From: Faecousia sp.
Lineage (GTDB): Bacteria; Bacillota; Clostridia; Oscillospirales; Oscillospiraceae
Assembly (NCBI GenBank): GCA_045537865.1
Contig: JAZSQH010000082.1
Span: 3,360-67,359 of the forward strand
Direction: 5' to 3'
DNA length: 64,000 bases
Part shown: positions 50,180 through 59,783 of the stretch, piece after piece
How positions within the stretch are numbered: position 1 is the first letter of the stretch
Layout: each line of letters opens with the position of its first letter
The notes under the pieces: generated by a model
Database searches by the model: none
Seen by the model: only the letters and a program-made list of their open reading frames with translations
What the model was told of the DNA's origin: nothing
Translations under genes and position numbers: made by a program

Positions 50180-51196
50180 TTATAACATTTCTCCAAGAAT
50201 TGATTTTGTGGCATAGGCATTCAGCGTCATATCCGCCACATTACCAGCCTGATATTCGTAATATGCCTGCGCACCGATCATGGCTGCATTATCGCCGCAA
50301 AGGGAAAGCGGCGGCAAATATAGTTTCGCACCCAGCTTATTCACCTCACGCTCCAAATCGCTGCGGATCTTTGAATTGGCAGCCACTCCACCGGCAACAG
50401 CAAGCTTGTCATAGCCGGTTTGTTTCAGCGCCTGAATCGCACGAGGTACTAAATTATCGGATACAGCCGCAGAAAAGGATGCGCACAAACTATTAACATC
50501 TAAGGTTTCCCCTACCTGCTCAGCATGATGGATCAGATTGATTGCTGCCGTTTTCAGACCGGAGAAACTCATATCATAAGGGTTCTGACCGGGTTTCGAG
50601 CGAGGCAACGGGTACTTCTGATCATCGCCCTGCTGGGCTGCCTTATCGACAGCGGCACCACCGGGGTACGGCATACCAAGCAATCTGCCGACTTTATCAA
50701 AACACTCACCGGCTGCATCGTCCAGTGTGCCACCCAGGATCTCCATTTTTGTATAATCCTGAACATCCACCAGCATAGAATGACCGCCGGAAACAACAAG
50801 GCAAAGAAACGGCGGCTTCAATTCCGGATAAGCAATATAATTAGCAGCAATATGACCACGAATATGATGAACAGGGATCAACGGTTTATTTAAGGTCAGG
50901 GATACCGCCTTAGCAAAGTTCACACCTACCAAAACCGCACCAATCAAACCGGGCGCATAGGTAACTGCGACAGCATCAATATCGTTGCGGGACAGGTTTG
51001 CCTTTTCCAGCGCTTGATCTGCCAGATCATAAATAGCTTCAATATGCTTCCTGGATGCGATCTCCGGCACAACACCGCCGTAGATCCTATGCAGATCTAC
51101 TTGGGAGGATATGCAGTCGGTCAGCACATTGCGGCCGTCCGCTACAATGGCAACCGCAGTTTCGTCGCAAGACGATTCAACAGCCAAAATATTCAT
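50180..51196 (-). CDS. tsaD: tRNA N6-adenosine threonylcarbamoyltransferase
   Basis: ILAVESSCDET, HH motif (HIRGH) and GGVAAN. ATG 51196 lies 8 nt after AAGGAG, with an ATGA overlap with rimI. Confidence 0.92.
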   Translation of the reverse strand: MNILAVESSCDETAVAIVADGRNVLTDCISSQVDLHRIYGGVVPEIASRKHIEAIYDLADQALEKANLSRNDIDAVAVTYAPGLIGAVLVGVNFAKAVSLTLNKPLIPVHHIRGHIAANYIAYPELKPPFLCLVVSGGHSMLVDVQDYTKMEILGGTLDDAAGECFDKVGRLLGMPYPGGAAVDKAAQQGDDQKYPLPRSKPGQNPYDMSFSGLKTAAINLIHHAEQVGETLDVNSLCASFSAAVSDNLVPRAIQALKQTGYDKLAVAGGVAANSKIRSDLEREVNKLGAKLYLPPLSLCGDNAAMIGAQAYYEYQAGNVADMTLNAYATKSILGEML

Positions 51197-51633
51197 ACCT
51201 GCCACTCCTTTCGCAATATCAAAGCGTCCTCTTTCGGCGCAGTATAATAACCGGGTCTGCGTCCAACCATTTCAAAACCCATGGAATCGTAAAGACGGAT
51301 TGCTGCGTCGTTGGATGCACGCACCTCCAAAGTGAGGCTATAAGCATTATTTTCACGCAAACGATCAATTAGCGCATTGACCAGGGCTCGTCCAATCCCC
51401 TTTCTTCGATGATTGGCAGAAACCGCAACATTCATCATGTCCGCCTCACCAAGAACGGTTTGCGAGCCAATATAACCGGCAACAACACCATCCTCAACCG
51501 CAACCAGCCAAAGGGACAATGGATTCGACAATTCGCCAGCGATGGCATTCTCACTCCACGGCATACTGAAACATTCCGCTTCTAATTGTGCCACCTGATG
51601 GATATGATCTTGTGTCATTCGTAAAATATCCAT
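51193..51633 (-). CDS. rimI: ribosomal-protein-alanine N-acetyltransferase
   Basis: 146-aa GNAT protein with HRRKGIGRAL, in the conserved position upstream of tsaD. Confidence 0.8.
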   Translation of the reverse strand: MDILRMTQDHIHQVAQLEAECFSMPWSENAIAGELSNPLSLWLVAVEDGVVAGYIGSQTVLGEADMMNVAVSANHRRKGIGRALVNALIDRLRENNAYSLTLEVRASNDAAIRLYDSMGFEMVGRRPGYYTAPKEDALILRKEWQV

Positions 51634-54164
51634 TACTTTGCCTCATACCAGCTTTTTCCCCACTTGGCCTCCGCCAACAAGGGCACACGTAGCTGCGCAA
51701 CTTTCTGCATTTGTTCACTGACCAAAGCAGCTACGGCCTCAGCATCACGCTCGGGACATTCCACGATCAATTCGTCGTGAACCTGCAACACGAGCTTAGC
51801 ATCGGGGTATTTTTCAGCTAATGCACTATGAACTCGCAACATTGCCAGCTTGATAAGATCCGCCGCAGAGCCTTGAATCGGCGTGTTCAGCGCAATTCTT
51901 TCCGCACCCTGACGAATATTGAAGTTGCTGCTTTTTAGCTCAGGAATATATCTGCGACGACCAAAAATGGTCTTGGTATATCCCATATCCGCCGCCTCCA
52001 GAACGACATGCTTCATATAGCTGCGAACTCCGCTGTAGTGGGCAAGATAGTTCTCAATATACCGCTTCGCCTCATACCGGCTGACACCAATATCGTCAGC
52101 CAAGGAGAATTCAGAGATACCGTATACAATACCAAAGTTGACCGCTTTTGCGTGTCTGCGCTGCAGGGGTGTTACATCCTCAGCAGCTGTATTGAACACC
52201 TGAGAAGCAGTCACAGTGTGAATATCAACACCGCTTACAAACGCATCCTGCATTGCCTGATCCTGGGCAATATGGGCAAGTACACGCAGCTCAATCTGGC
52301 TGTAGTCGGCATCCACCAGTACACAACCAGGTTTAGGAATAAACATCTTGCGAATTTCAGCGCCAAGATCAGTCCGCACGGGAATATTTTGCAGATTCGG
52401 CTCTGTAGAGGACAATCGACCAGTTGCAGTCACCAAATTCTGGAATGTGGTGTGGATACGTCCATCCTCGCAAATCACCTTCAAAAGTCCCTCGGCATAG
52501 GTGGAATTGAGTTTTGTCAGCATGCGGTAATCCATGATTGCAGGCACAATGGGATGCTGACTTTTCAGCTTTTCCAATACTTCTGCATTTGTGGAGTAGC
52601 CGGTCTTTGTTTTTCTCACCGGCGGCAGACCCAGTTTATCAAACAACAACTCGCCAAGCTGCTTCGTGGAATTAATATTAAAAGGTCCGTCAGAATAGGA
52701 GAATATCAACTTCTCACAATCGGCTATGCGCTGTGTCAGCATTTTACCAAACTGTTCCAGCTGTTCCCGGTCAATCGCTACACCGGTTTTCTCCATATCA
52801 TACAGAACGAAGCACAGCGGCAATTCCAATTCGTAATACAGTTTTTGCATACCCTGCTTGTTCAGTTCCTCCTCCATGACCGGCCGGAGATTCCAAAGCG
52901 CTTCTGCGCAGGCAGCAGCATCGCCGTCATCTACAGTTACACCTAGGAAATTCGTCGCCAGTTTGGAAACGGGATAATCCGACTGAGAGGCATTCAGATC
53001 ATAGGCCGCTAAAGCAGTGTCGAATATAAAATTGCCCTTATTAAGACCCATCTGATCCAAGCGGTGCAGAGTCAATTTCAGGTCGTGACAAATAACATTG
53101 GACACCTTAGGCAGAACGTCATCCAAATACATTGCCTCCATAGGGGTGACCATATAAACACCGTTGCACCAGGCAAAACCGATAGAGCCATCCGGAGCAA
53201 TATATAATGCACATGTGTCACAACAATCCGGCAACTGGCAGGCTTTCGGCAGGGGTTGACACTTTCGTTCACACGCCGGCGCTTCCAGTTCCATCCCGCG
53301 CAGGCCATATCTGTCGATCAGGCGCACAAACTCCAACCGAACAAACAACTGATAAAGTTCTTGCCGGTTATAGGGTCGGATCACCGCATCTGTGGGCGCA
53401 AAGTCAATGGGCGCAGTGGTACGAATCGTTGCAAGATCATAAGAAAGATATGCATTATCCTTCCCCTGCTCTAACTTTTCACGAAGCTTGGGTCGAATAG
53501 AGGGATCGTCCAGATTTTCATACAGACCATCCAAAGAGCCAAATCGCAGCAAAAGCTCCGTAGCAGTTTTTGGGCCAACACCGGCTACACCGGGAATGTT
53601 GTCAGAGGAATCACCCATCAAGGCTTTCAGATCCACCATCTTTTTCGGCTCAAAACCATATTCCTCTGTAAACGCAGGAACATCGTACAAAGTCGCAGTT
53701 GTCTGACCCATTCTGGAGATAACAAGCTTTACCTTAACATTTTCGTCGATCAGCTGCAGGCTGTCACGGTCGCCGGTTACAATTACACATTCCCATTCGC
53801 AGTTACTGCAAATTCTGCCCACTGTGCCGATCACATCGTCTGCTTCCCAACCCTGACACTCATAAATCGGGATATTCATAGCTTGCAGCACTTGCTTCAT
53901 TACCGGCATTTGCTGCGCCAGCTCCTCCGGCATTGCATGACGTGTCGCCTTATAGCCATCATATTGCAGGTGGCGGAAAGTCGGACCATGCAGGTCAAAA
54001 GCAACACAAACCGCATCCGGCTGTTCCTCTTTTTCCATACGCTCCAAAATATTCAAAAAACCATAGACCGCATGGGTATAAAGGCCGTCACGAGTAGTCA
54101 ACGGTTTTACGCCGTAAAAAGCCCGGTTGATAACGCTGTTACCATCCAGAATCAGTAATTTCAT
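51633..54164 (-). CDS. polA: DNA polymerase I
   Basis: 5' nuclease N-terminus (LILDGNSVINRAFYG) and pol motifs DYSQIELRVLAH and QVHDELIVE. Start at MKLLILD (ATG 54164), with an ATGA overlap with the cysS stop. Confidence 0.93.
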   Translation of the reverse strand: MKLLILDGNSVINRAFYGVKPLTTRDGLYTHAVYGFLNILERMEKEEQPDAVCVAFDLHGPTFRHLQYDGYKATRHAMPEELAQQMPVMKQVLQAMNIPIYECQGWEADDVIGTVGRICSNCEWECVIVTGDRDSLQLIDENVKVKLVISRMGQTTATLYDVPAFTEEYGFEPKKMVDLKALMGDSSDNIPGVAGVGPKTATELLLRFGSLDGLYENLDDPSIRPKLREKLEQGKDNAYLSYDLATIRTTAPIDFAPTDAVIRPYNRQELYQLFVRLEFVRLIDRYGLRGMELEAPACERKCQPLPKACQLPDCCDTCALYIAPDGSIGFAWCNGVYMVTPMEAMYLDDVLPKVSNVICHDLKLTLHRLDQMGLNKGNFIFDTALAAYDLNASQSDYPVSKLATNFLGVTVDDGDAAACAEALWNLRPVMEEELNKQGMQKLYYELELPLCFVLYDMEKTGVAIDREQLEQFGKMLTQRIADCEKLIFSYSDGPFNINSTKQLGELLFDKLGLPPVRKTKTGYSTNAEVLEKLKSQHPIVPAIMDYRMLTKLNSTYAEGLLKVICEDGRIHTTFQNLVTATGRLSSTEPNLQNIPVRTDLGAEIRKMFIPKPGCVLVDADYSQIELRVLAHIAQDQAMQDAFVSGVDIHTVTASQVFNTAAEDVTPLQRRHAKAVNFGIVYGISEFSLADDIGVSRYEAKRYIENYLAHYSGVRSYMKHVVLEAADMGYTKTIFGRRRYIPELKSSNFNIRQGAERIALNTPIQGSAADLIKLAMLRVHSALAEKYPDAKLVLQVHDELIVECPERDAEAVAALVSEQMQKVAQLRVPLLAEAKWGKSWYEAK

Positions 54165-55576
54165 ACTTTTCTCCATTTCGCACCCTGGGGGGTGTCAATG
54201 ATTTCAATTCCACGTGCTTTCAATTCATCACGGATACGGTCTGCTTCCGCATAGTTCTTAGCTTTCTTAGCTTCCGTACGTGCCGAAACCAATGCATCAA
54301 TTTCCGGGTCGGCATTGGCAGCCTCCTCCTGCGCCTGCTGCTCCTGCACTTTTTGGGCAGCGGCTATCAAATCGAGGCTCAACACCTTGTCGAAATCAGC
54401 CAGTGCAGCCAGCTTGGTGGCATCGTTTGTCTTTGCTTTCAGAACATCATATACGGCAGTGATCGCCAAGGAAGTGTTCAGATCGCCGTTCAGCGCATTA
54501 ACAAAACGCTCTTTCAAGGCATCAAATGCTGCCTGATCTACATCGCCATCATTTTTCAGTGCAGCAATCTTGCTGATGAGCTTATCGTAGGCAACCACAG
54601 CATTGTCAAGATTTTCCCAACTGAACACCAGGTTGCGTCTGTAATGGCTCTGCAGGCAGAACAGACGATATGCCATGGGATTATAGCCTTTCTGTTCCAA
54701 CAAGCTGACAGTCAGGAATTCACCCTTGGACTTGGACATTTTTCCGTCCTCGGTATTCAGGTGATGGACATGGAACCAATAATTACCCCACTTATGACCG
54801 ATAAAGCCCTCTGTCTGTGCGATCTCATTGGTATGGTGCGGAAACGCATTATCAATGCCGCCGCAATGGATGTCAAGATCCTGACCCAGGTGCTTCATGG
54901 AAATACCGGAACATTCAATATGCCAGCCGGGATAGCCAACACCCCAAGGAGAATCCCACTTCAGCGCCTGATCCTCAAATTTAGACTTAGTAAACCAAAG
55001 AACAAAGTCATTCTTGTTGCGCTTGTTGGTATCCTCCTCAACGCCCTCACGAACACCTATGCCCAAGTCTTCCTCGTCATGATCGTTAAAGATATAGTAC
55101 TTGCCAAGTTTTGCAGTATCGAAATACACATTACCGCCGGCAACATAGGCAAAACCCTTTTCAATCAGACCTTCTACCATCTGAATAAACTCCGGAATAC
55201 AGCCTGTAGCTGGCTCGACAACATCCGGTTTCTTAATATTCAGCTTATCACAGTCCGCAAAAAACGCATCGGTGTAATACTGGGCGATCTCCATAACGGA
55301 TTTATTTTCACGCTTTGCGCCCTTGAGCATCTTATCCTCTCCGGTGTCGGCATCCGATGCCAAGTGACCAACGTCAGTGATATTCATAACACGCTTGACG
55401 TTGTAACCCATGTAGCGAAGTGCCTTTTCCAGCACATCCTCCATGATATAAGTGCGCAGATTGCCAATATGGGCAAAATGGTAGACCGTCGGTCCGCAGG
55501 TATACATTTTTACAACATCCGGGGAATTGGGTTGAAAAAGCTCCTTTTTATGGCTTGCAGAATTATAAAGATACAT
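54161..55576 (-). CDS. cysS: cysteine--tRNA ligase
   Basis: HIGN (HIGH) and KMSKS motifs. Start MYLYNS (ATG 55576) lies behind AGGAGG. Confidence 0.93.
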   Translation of the reverse strand: MYLYNSASHKKELFQPNSPDVVKMYTCGPTVYHFAHIGNLRTYIMEDVLEKALRYMGYNVKRVMNITDVGHLASDADTGEDKMLKGAKRENKSVMEIAQYYTDAFFADCDKLNIKKPDVVEPATGCIPEFIQMVEGLIEKGFAYVAGGNVYFDTAKLGKYYIFNDHDEEDLGIGVREGVEEDTNKRNKNDFVLWFTKSKFEDQALKWDSPWGVGYPGWHIECSGISMKHLGQDLDIHCGGIDNAFPHHTNEIAQTEGFIGHKWGNYWFHVHHLNTEDGKMSKSKGEFLTVSLLEQKGYNPMAYRLFCLQSHYRRNLVFSWENLDNAVVAYDKLISKIAALKNDGDVDQAAFDALKERFVNALNGDLNTSLAITAVYDVLKAKTNDATKLAALADFDKVLSLDLIAAAQKVQEQQAQEEAANADPEIDALVSARTEAKKAKNYAEADRIRDELKARGIEIIDTPQGAKWRKV

Positions 55577-55603
55577 ATTCAGTCCTCCTGAAATCATTTT
55601 AAT

Positions 55604-55807
55604 AATAAAAAACACCTCTTGCGCCAAAGCACAAGAGGCGGGTCAGACAACTCGCGGTTCCACTCTCATTTATCACTCAAAAACGATTCGCTCAGGAACG
55701 CACTTTCCCTGCATAACACCTGTCCGGGCTTACAGCCAATGACCCCGACTCTCTGAAGGATAACAACAGCTACTCTTTTCCATCACAGCGATATTATTTG
55801 TTGTTAT
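55604..55807 (-). promoter_or_regulatory. T-box leader of cysS (candidate specifier UGC)
   Basis: On the minus strand: an AGAGAG box (plus 55749-55755), UGC followed by A (plus GCA 55711-55713), and the T-box AATGAGAGTGGAACCGCGAG (55651-55670). A terminator stem (55615-55638) plus TTTTTT follows. Confidence 0.8.
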
Positions 55808-55813
55808 TTTACC

Positions 55814-55835
55814 ATTTTAATCGCGCATTTGTCAA
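55814..55835 (-). promoter_or_regulatory. promoter of the cysS leader
   Basis: On the minus strand: TTGACA (55830-55835), 10 nt, TGgTAAAAT extended -10 (hexamer at 55814-55819). Confidence 0.5.
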
Positions 55836-55920
55836 GGATTACCTATGTCGAAAATTGCATATTTGCGTTGCCAGCATGAAATATATGTGTTATACTATCC
55901 GCAACAAGGAGGTATCTGCC

Positions 55921-57105
55921 ATGAAACGATATATCGCCATATTTTTAGCATTGTGTCTGATACTTATAACAGCAGGATGCAAAAAGCAAGATTTCCCCGC
56001 AGAAACCGTGAGCACAACCGCTCCCACAACGCAGACTATCGTAGACGACAATTACACCGTTGAGCAAATTCCTATGGTTGCAGTATCCTTGCCTGCCGTC
56101 ACACAAACCGATTATGCATCAGACGGCGAAGCTGTATTTCATTATAGCTACCAAAATATATCTCTGATCGTTCCCGATCCGGAGGTCGCCGATAAAGTAA
56201 TCCTGGATTTTTTGAATCGAACAGATTTTCAAGAGCAAGCAGATCAGTTGCTGATCGCTGCGCAGAACGCCTATGAAGCAGATAAACAATATTGGCACCC
56301 CTACACTGTTCAAATAAACTACACACCTATGCGTGTTGATCAGGCTGTGTTAAGTCTGACCGGTTATCAAGCCGTTCACACAGGAGAAGTGCATCCCGTA
56401 ACTAATTACAACTCTTATAATTATGATATATTAACGGGTGAAATATTACATTTATCTGATATTCTGTCGCCGGATGTGAAAATGGACGGGATCGCTGGGA
56501 TGGTCACAGACATACTCGCACAGCAAGAAAAAGATATATATATTAGCGCCGGCTATTCTGAAACCGTATTTGATCGGTTTACGAAACCAGTTGACGATGA
56601 TTGGGATTGGTACTTTAGCAACGATGGCCTTTGTTTCTACTTTGAACCATACGATATTGCACCGTATGGCTCCGGTGTGATTACTGCCCGAATTCCCTAT
56701 GATAGTCTATCCGGAATTCTGAAAGATGAATACTTCCCCAGAGAGGCCGATGTAGTAAAAGGCGAAGTTGCGGGTATGGTATTTGCCGAGGAACTGACGC
56801 AGTTCACACAACTTGCAGAAATCGTAGTAAACAAGGGCAGCGACAAAGTCCTGCTGTACACCAACGGACATGTGCAAAACCTGCGCATTATTTCCGGCAG
56901 CTGGTCTGCAGATGCCAAGAACTTCACAGCAGAAAACACCATATTTGCCACGGATAACTTAACGCCCGGCGATGCCATTATGGTTGAAGCCAATCTTTCC
57001 GGATCACTTCCGGAGCTTATGCTACAATACGACAGCAACGGAAGCTGTACTGATGTTTTTATCACACTTGACCGCACCAATAACATTGTAAAGCTTATCC
57101 AGTAA
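55921..57105 (+). CDS. lipoprotein with DUF4163/DUF3298 (RsiV/PdaC-like) domains
   Basis: ATG 55921 lies behind AAGGAGG. Lipobox ITAGC. The HTGEVHPVTNYNSYNYDILTGEILHLSDIL block resembles the DUF3298 core. Confidence 0.55.
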   Translation: MKRYIAIFLALCLILITAGCKKQDFPAETVSTTAPTTQTIVDDNYTVEQIPMVAVSLPAVTQTDYASDGEAVFHYSYQNISLIVPDPEVADKVILDFLNRTDFQEQADQLLIAAQNAYEADKQYWHPYTVQINYTPMRVDQAVLSLTGYQAVHTGEVHPVTNYNSYNYDILTGEILHLSDILSPDVKMDGIAGMVTDILAQQEKDIYISAGYSETVFDRFTKPVDDDWDWYFSNDGLCFYFEPYDIAPYGSGVITARIPYDSLSGILKDEYFPREADVVKGEVAGMVFAEELTQFTQLAEIVVNKGSDKVLLYTNGHVQNLRIISGSWSADAKNFTAENTIFATDNLTPGDAIMVEANLSGSLPELMLQYDSNGSCTDVFITLDRTNNIVKLIQ

Positions 57106-58491
57106 TGACCTTATCAAAGTCCGGCCTATTGGCCGGACTTTTTCTATATGATTTTATAATACCCATAAGTTCCGGACTTAAATATGCAAGCGCAATCAGA
57201 TTTGGAATCGCCATCAAACCATTTACGATTTCAGACATCATCCATACGGTTTCTGTTCGTAGTGCAGCGCCGATCACAACTACGATTGCTTGCAAATATA
57301 CCATCTTTTTCCAAATATCTTCACCAAAGAGGTACTGTGCGCAGCGCAGTCCGTATAATCCCCATCCTAGCACTGTAGCGATGGCAAAACAGCACAAGCC
57401 GATGGTAATCGGCACACTGACCCAATTGCCGACAATTGCGCTAAACGCATCTACCGTTAAACAGATTCCGGTATCCGACCCATACGGAATTATGACACCA
57501 CTACTAAAATCACCACCGCAGTCAAGGTGCAAATAACGATGGTATCCAAAAACACCTCAACGATTCCCATCAGGCCCTGTTCTACCGGATGCTTTACATT
57601 TGCGGAGCTGTGGGCAATAGCCGCTGTTCCCATTCCGGCTTCATTTGTGAAAACACCTCTGGATGTGCCGCTTCGCATAGCGATAAACACAGACCCCAGT
57701 GCGCCGCCGGTAACAGCTTTCGGTTGAAATGCACCACGAAAAATGGAAGCAAATGCCGTAGGTATGTAATCTACACGAATCAGCAAAACTGCCGCACCGA
57801 GCAGCATATAACCAACCGCAGCAAACGGCACAATTTTTTCTGCAATCAATCCAATTCTTTTAGCCCCACCTAGCAGAATCGCAGTAATTAAAACCGCCAG
57901 AATCACACCAAACAGCAAATTCAATGCCGTTGAAGTACGAATCCCAAATGCCCACAGCGTACTGTTTACACTGCTGATTACTGTATTGATCTGGGTTGCA
58001 TTGCCAACCCCAAAAGAGGCCACAACACCAAAAAAGCAATACATAGATGCCAGCCATTTCCAGCGTTTTCCCATTCCCCTGCTGATCATATACATAGGTC
58101 CGCCGACCCACTCACCTGCCGTGTTTTTCATCCGGTATTTTATGGACAACACAACCTCCGCAAACTTAGTGACCATGCCGAAAATCGCACTGATCCACAT
58201 CCAAAAAATAGCGCCTGCGCCGCCAATGGCAATCGCACCGGCAACACCGGCTAAATTTCCTGTACCAACTGTTGCTGCCAATGCCGTACAAAGCGCCTGA
58301 TAGGCAGATACTTCTGATCCGGCATTTTTGTTCTTGTTAAATTGCTTGAATAGCGTTCTGATTGCTTCCGGAAGTAATCTGATCTGAATAATGCCGGTGC
58401 GCAAACTCAGGTAAAAACCCACGCCTAAAATCAATATCAGTGTAGGCGCACCCCAAACAAAATCATGTATCATTGCCAGAAAATCAAACAT
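57095..58491 (-). pseudogene. alanine/glycine:cation symporter (AGCS family), split by an apparent 1-nt deletion at about 57506-57509
   Basis: The 337-aa ORF carries the AGCS N-terminus (ALAATVGTGNLAGVAGAI). The 145-aa ORF carries the family C-terminus. The two frames join as ...TAVVI(L/F)SSGVIIPYG if one T is added to a T4 run. Confidence 0.8.
57116..57145 (+). terminator. intrinsic terminator after the lipoprotein gene
   Basis: AAAGTCCGGCC/GGCCGGACTTT 11-bp stem plus TTTTC. It lies inside the 3' end of the convergent symporter ORF. Confidence 0.55.
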
Positions 58492-58501
58492 ATATGCCTC
58501 C

Positions 58502-58532
58502 AAAAAAAGCAGTCCCTCTTACGAGGAACTGC
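58502..58532 (-). terminator. hairpin plus T7 between the ArsC-family gene and the symporter
   Basis: On the minus strand: GCAGTTCCTC-GTAA-GAGGGACTGC followed by TTTTTTT, then GGAGG and ATG 58491. Confidence 0.5.
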
Positions 58533-58539
58533 TTTTGTA

Positions 58540-58887
58540 CTATTCCCATGTGGCCCAGATTTCCGGGCAGTAACCCAATGTTACATATTTTCCATTTCGA
58601 ACGATCGGTGTACGCATCAATGCAGGCTGATCAAAAACGATATCCTCTTTTGTGCGTACATCATCCATGTATCGCATATTGGTGACATCCTGGGACTTAT
58701 TATCCCAATCGATCAGATTGTCGATTCCGCCTATGCCACGCAAAACAGCATCAAATTCCTTACCGGACAAACCGTACCGGATCAGATCCACGTATTGATA
58801 CTTTATGCGGCGTTCTTTAAAATATCGCTCTGCTTTCTTTGTATCAAAGCATTTATTTTTTCCAAAAATCTGAATGTTCAATAACAT
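58540..58887 (-). CDS. ArsC/Spx-family (YffB-like) thioredoxin-fold protein
   Basis: IQIFGKNKCFDTKKAERYFKERRIKYQYVDL follows the ArsC-family N-terminal pattern. The start is uncertain: ATG 58887, or TTG 58881 overlapping the truA stop. Confidence 0.6.
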   Translation of the reverse strand: MLLNIQIFGKNKCFDTKKAERYFKERRIKYQYVDLIRYGLSGKEFDAVLRGIGGIDNLIDWDNKSQDVTNMRYMDDVRTKEDIVFDQPALMRTPIVRNGKYVTLGYCPEIWATWE

Positions 58888-59612
58888 ACCTCCATTAAAC
58901 ACAGACCGGATGACGGAACGGCCGGACCGGCATCAGAACGCTTCCCACCAAAGAGTTGCGAAATACTGTCCGGTTGGCGCTGCATAGTACCGACTTCCAA
59001 TAATGTTCCCACCATAATGCGCACCTGATGCTGCAAAAATCCATTGCCGGTAACCGTAAAAACAACTTCATCACCCTGCCGTTCAACAGTGAAGCTGTGA
59101 ATGGAACGGATGGTAGATTTTTTCATATTTTTGTTGCCGCAGAAAGCAGAAAAATCATGGGTGCCAACAAATTCCGCTGCAGCCAAATTCATCTGTTCGA
59201 TATCCAAAGGCACAGGATCAATATGCACAAATCGGCGATCAAAAACACAGGGGATCTCGCTGTTCCACAAGCGGTAACGATAAGTTTTTGTCTTTGCGTT
59301 CAAACGTGCATGAAAACGAGGGGATACATTTTTACAACTATAGACACCAATATCCTCCGGCAAGTATGTGCGCAGATCTTTCAGAATTTCATCACAGGGC
59401 ATATCGCTGTTGCAGTGAAAATTGGCCACCTGGCCCACAGCATGAGTACCGGCATCCGTTCTGCCGCTGCCGCTAATCTGCACTTCCTCACCCAAAATCC
59501 GGGAAAGCGCCGTCTCCAATTTTTCCTGGATGGTGTTGCCGCCGCCGGGAAGTCTTTGCCAGCCCTTATAGCGAGTTCCATCATAACAAATATCAAGCCG
59601 CAGATTTCGCAT
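58878..59612 (-). CDS. truA: tRNA pseudouridine(38-40) synthase
   Basis: YDGTRYKGWQ and GSGRTDAGTHA (catalytic Asp) motifs. Confidence 0.92.
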   Translation of the reverse strand: MRNLRLDICYDGTRYKGWQRLPGGGNTIQEKLETALSRILGEEVQISGSGRTDAGTHAVGQVANFHCNSDMPCDEILKDLRTYLPEDIGVYSCKNVSPRFHARLNAKTKTYRYRLWNSEIPCVFDRRFVHIDPVPLDIEQMNLAAAEFVGTHDFSAFCGNKNMKKSTIRSIHSFTVERQGDEVVFTVTGNGFLQHQVRIMVGTLLEVGTMQRQPDSISQLFGGKRSDAGPAVPSSGLCLMEVCY

Positions 59613-59783
59613 AATTTAAAAGTTCCTCTCTTGCTTCCCGTTCATTGTCAGCAGAAAACAGAAAATTACCTCTGTTGTCATACACCTGAACATGTCCGGA
59701 CACATTGCAAATGGAATACATTGTCATCACCCTTTCGGTTTATTTGACAACATATTATCGCATTATTGGTGTAATAAAACGGA

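Noticed and set aside
54353-55591. 412-aa plus-strand ORF inside cysS
   Set aside because: Antisense shadow ORF of a clearly identified cysS.
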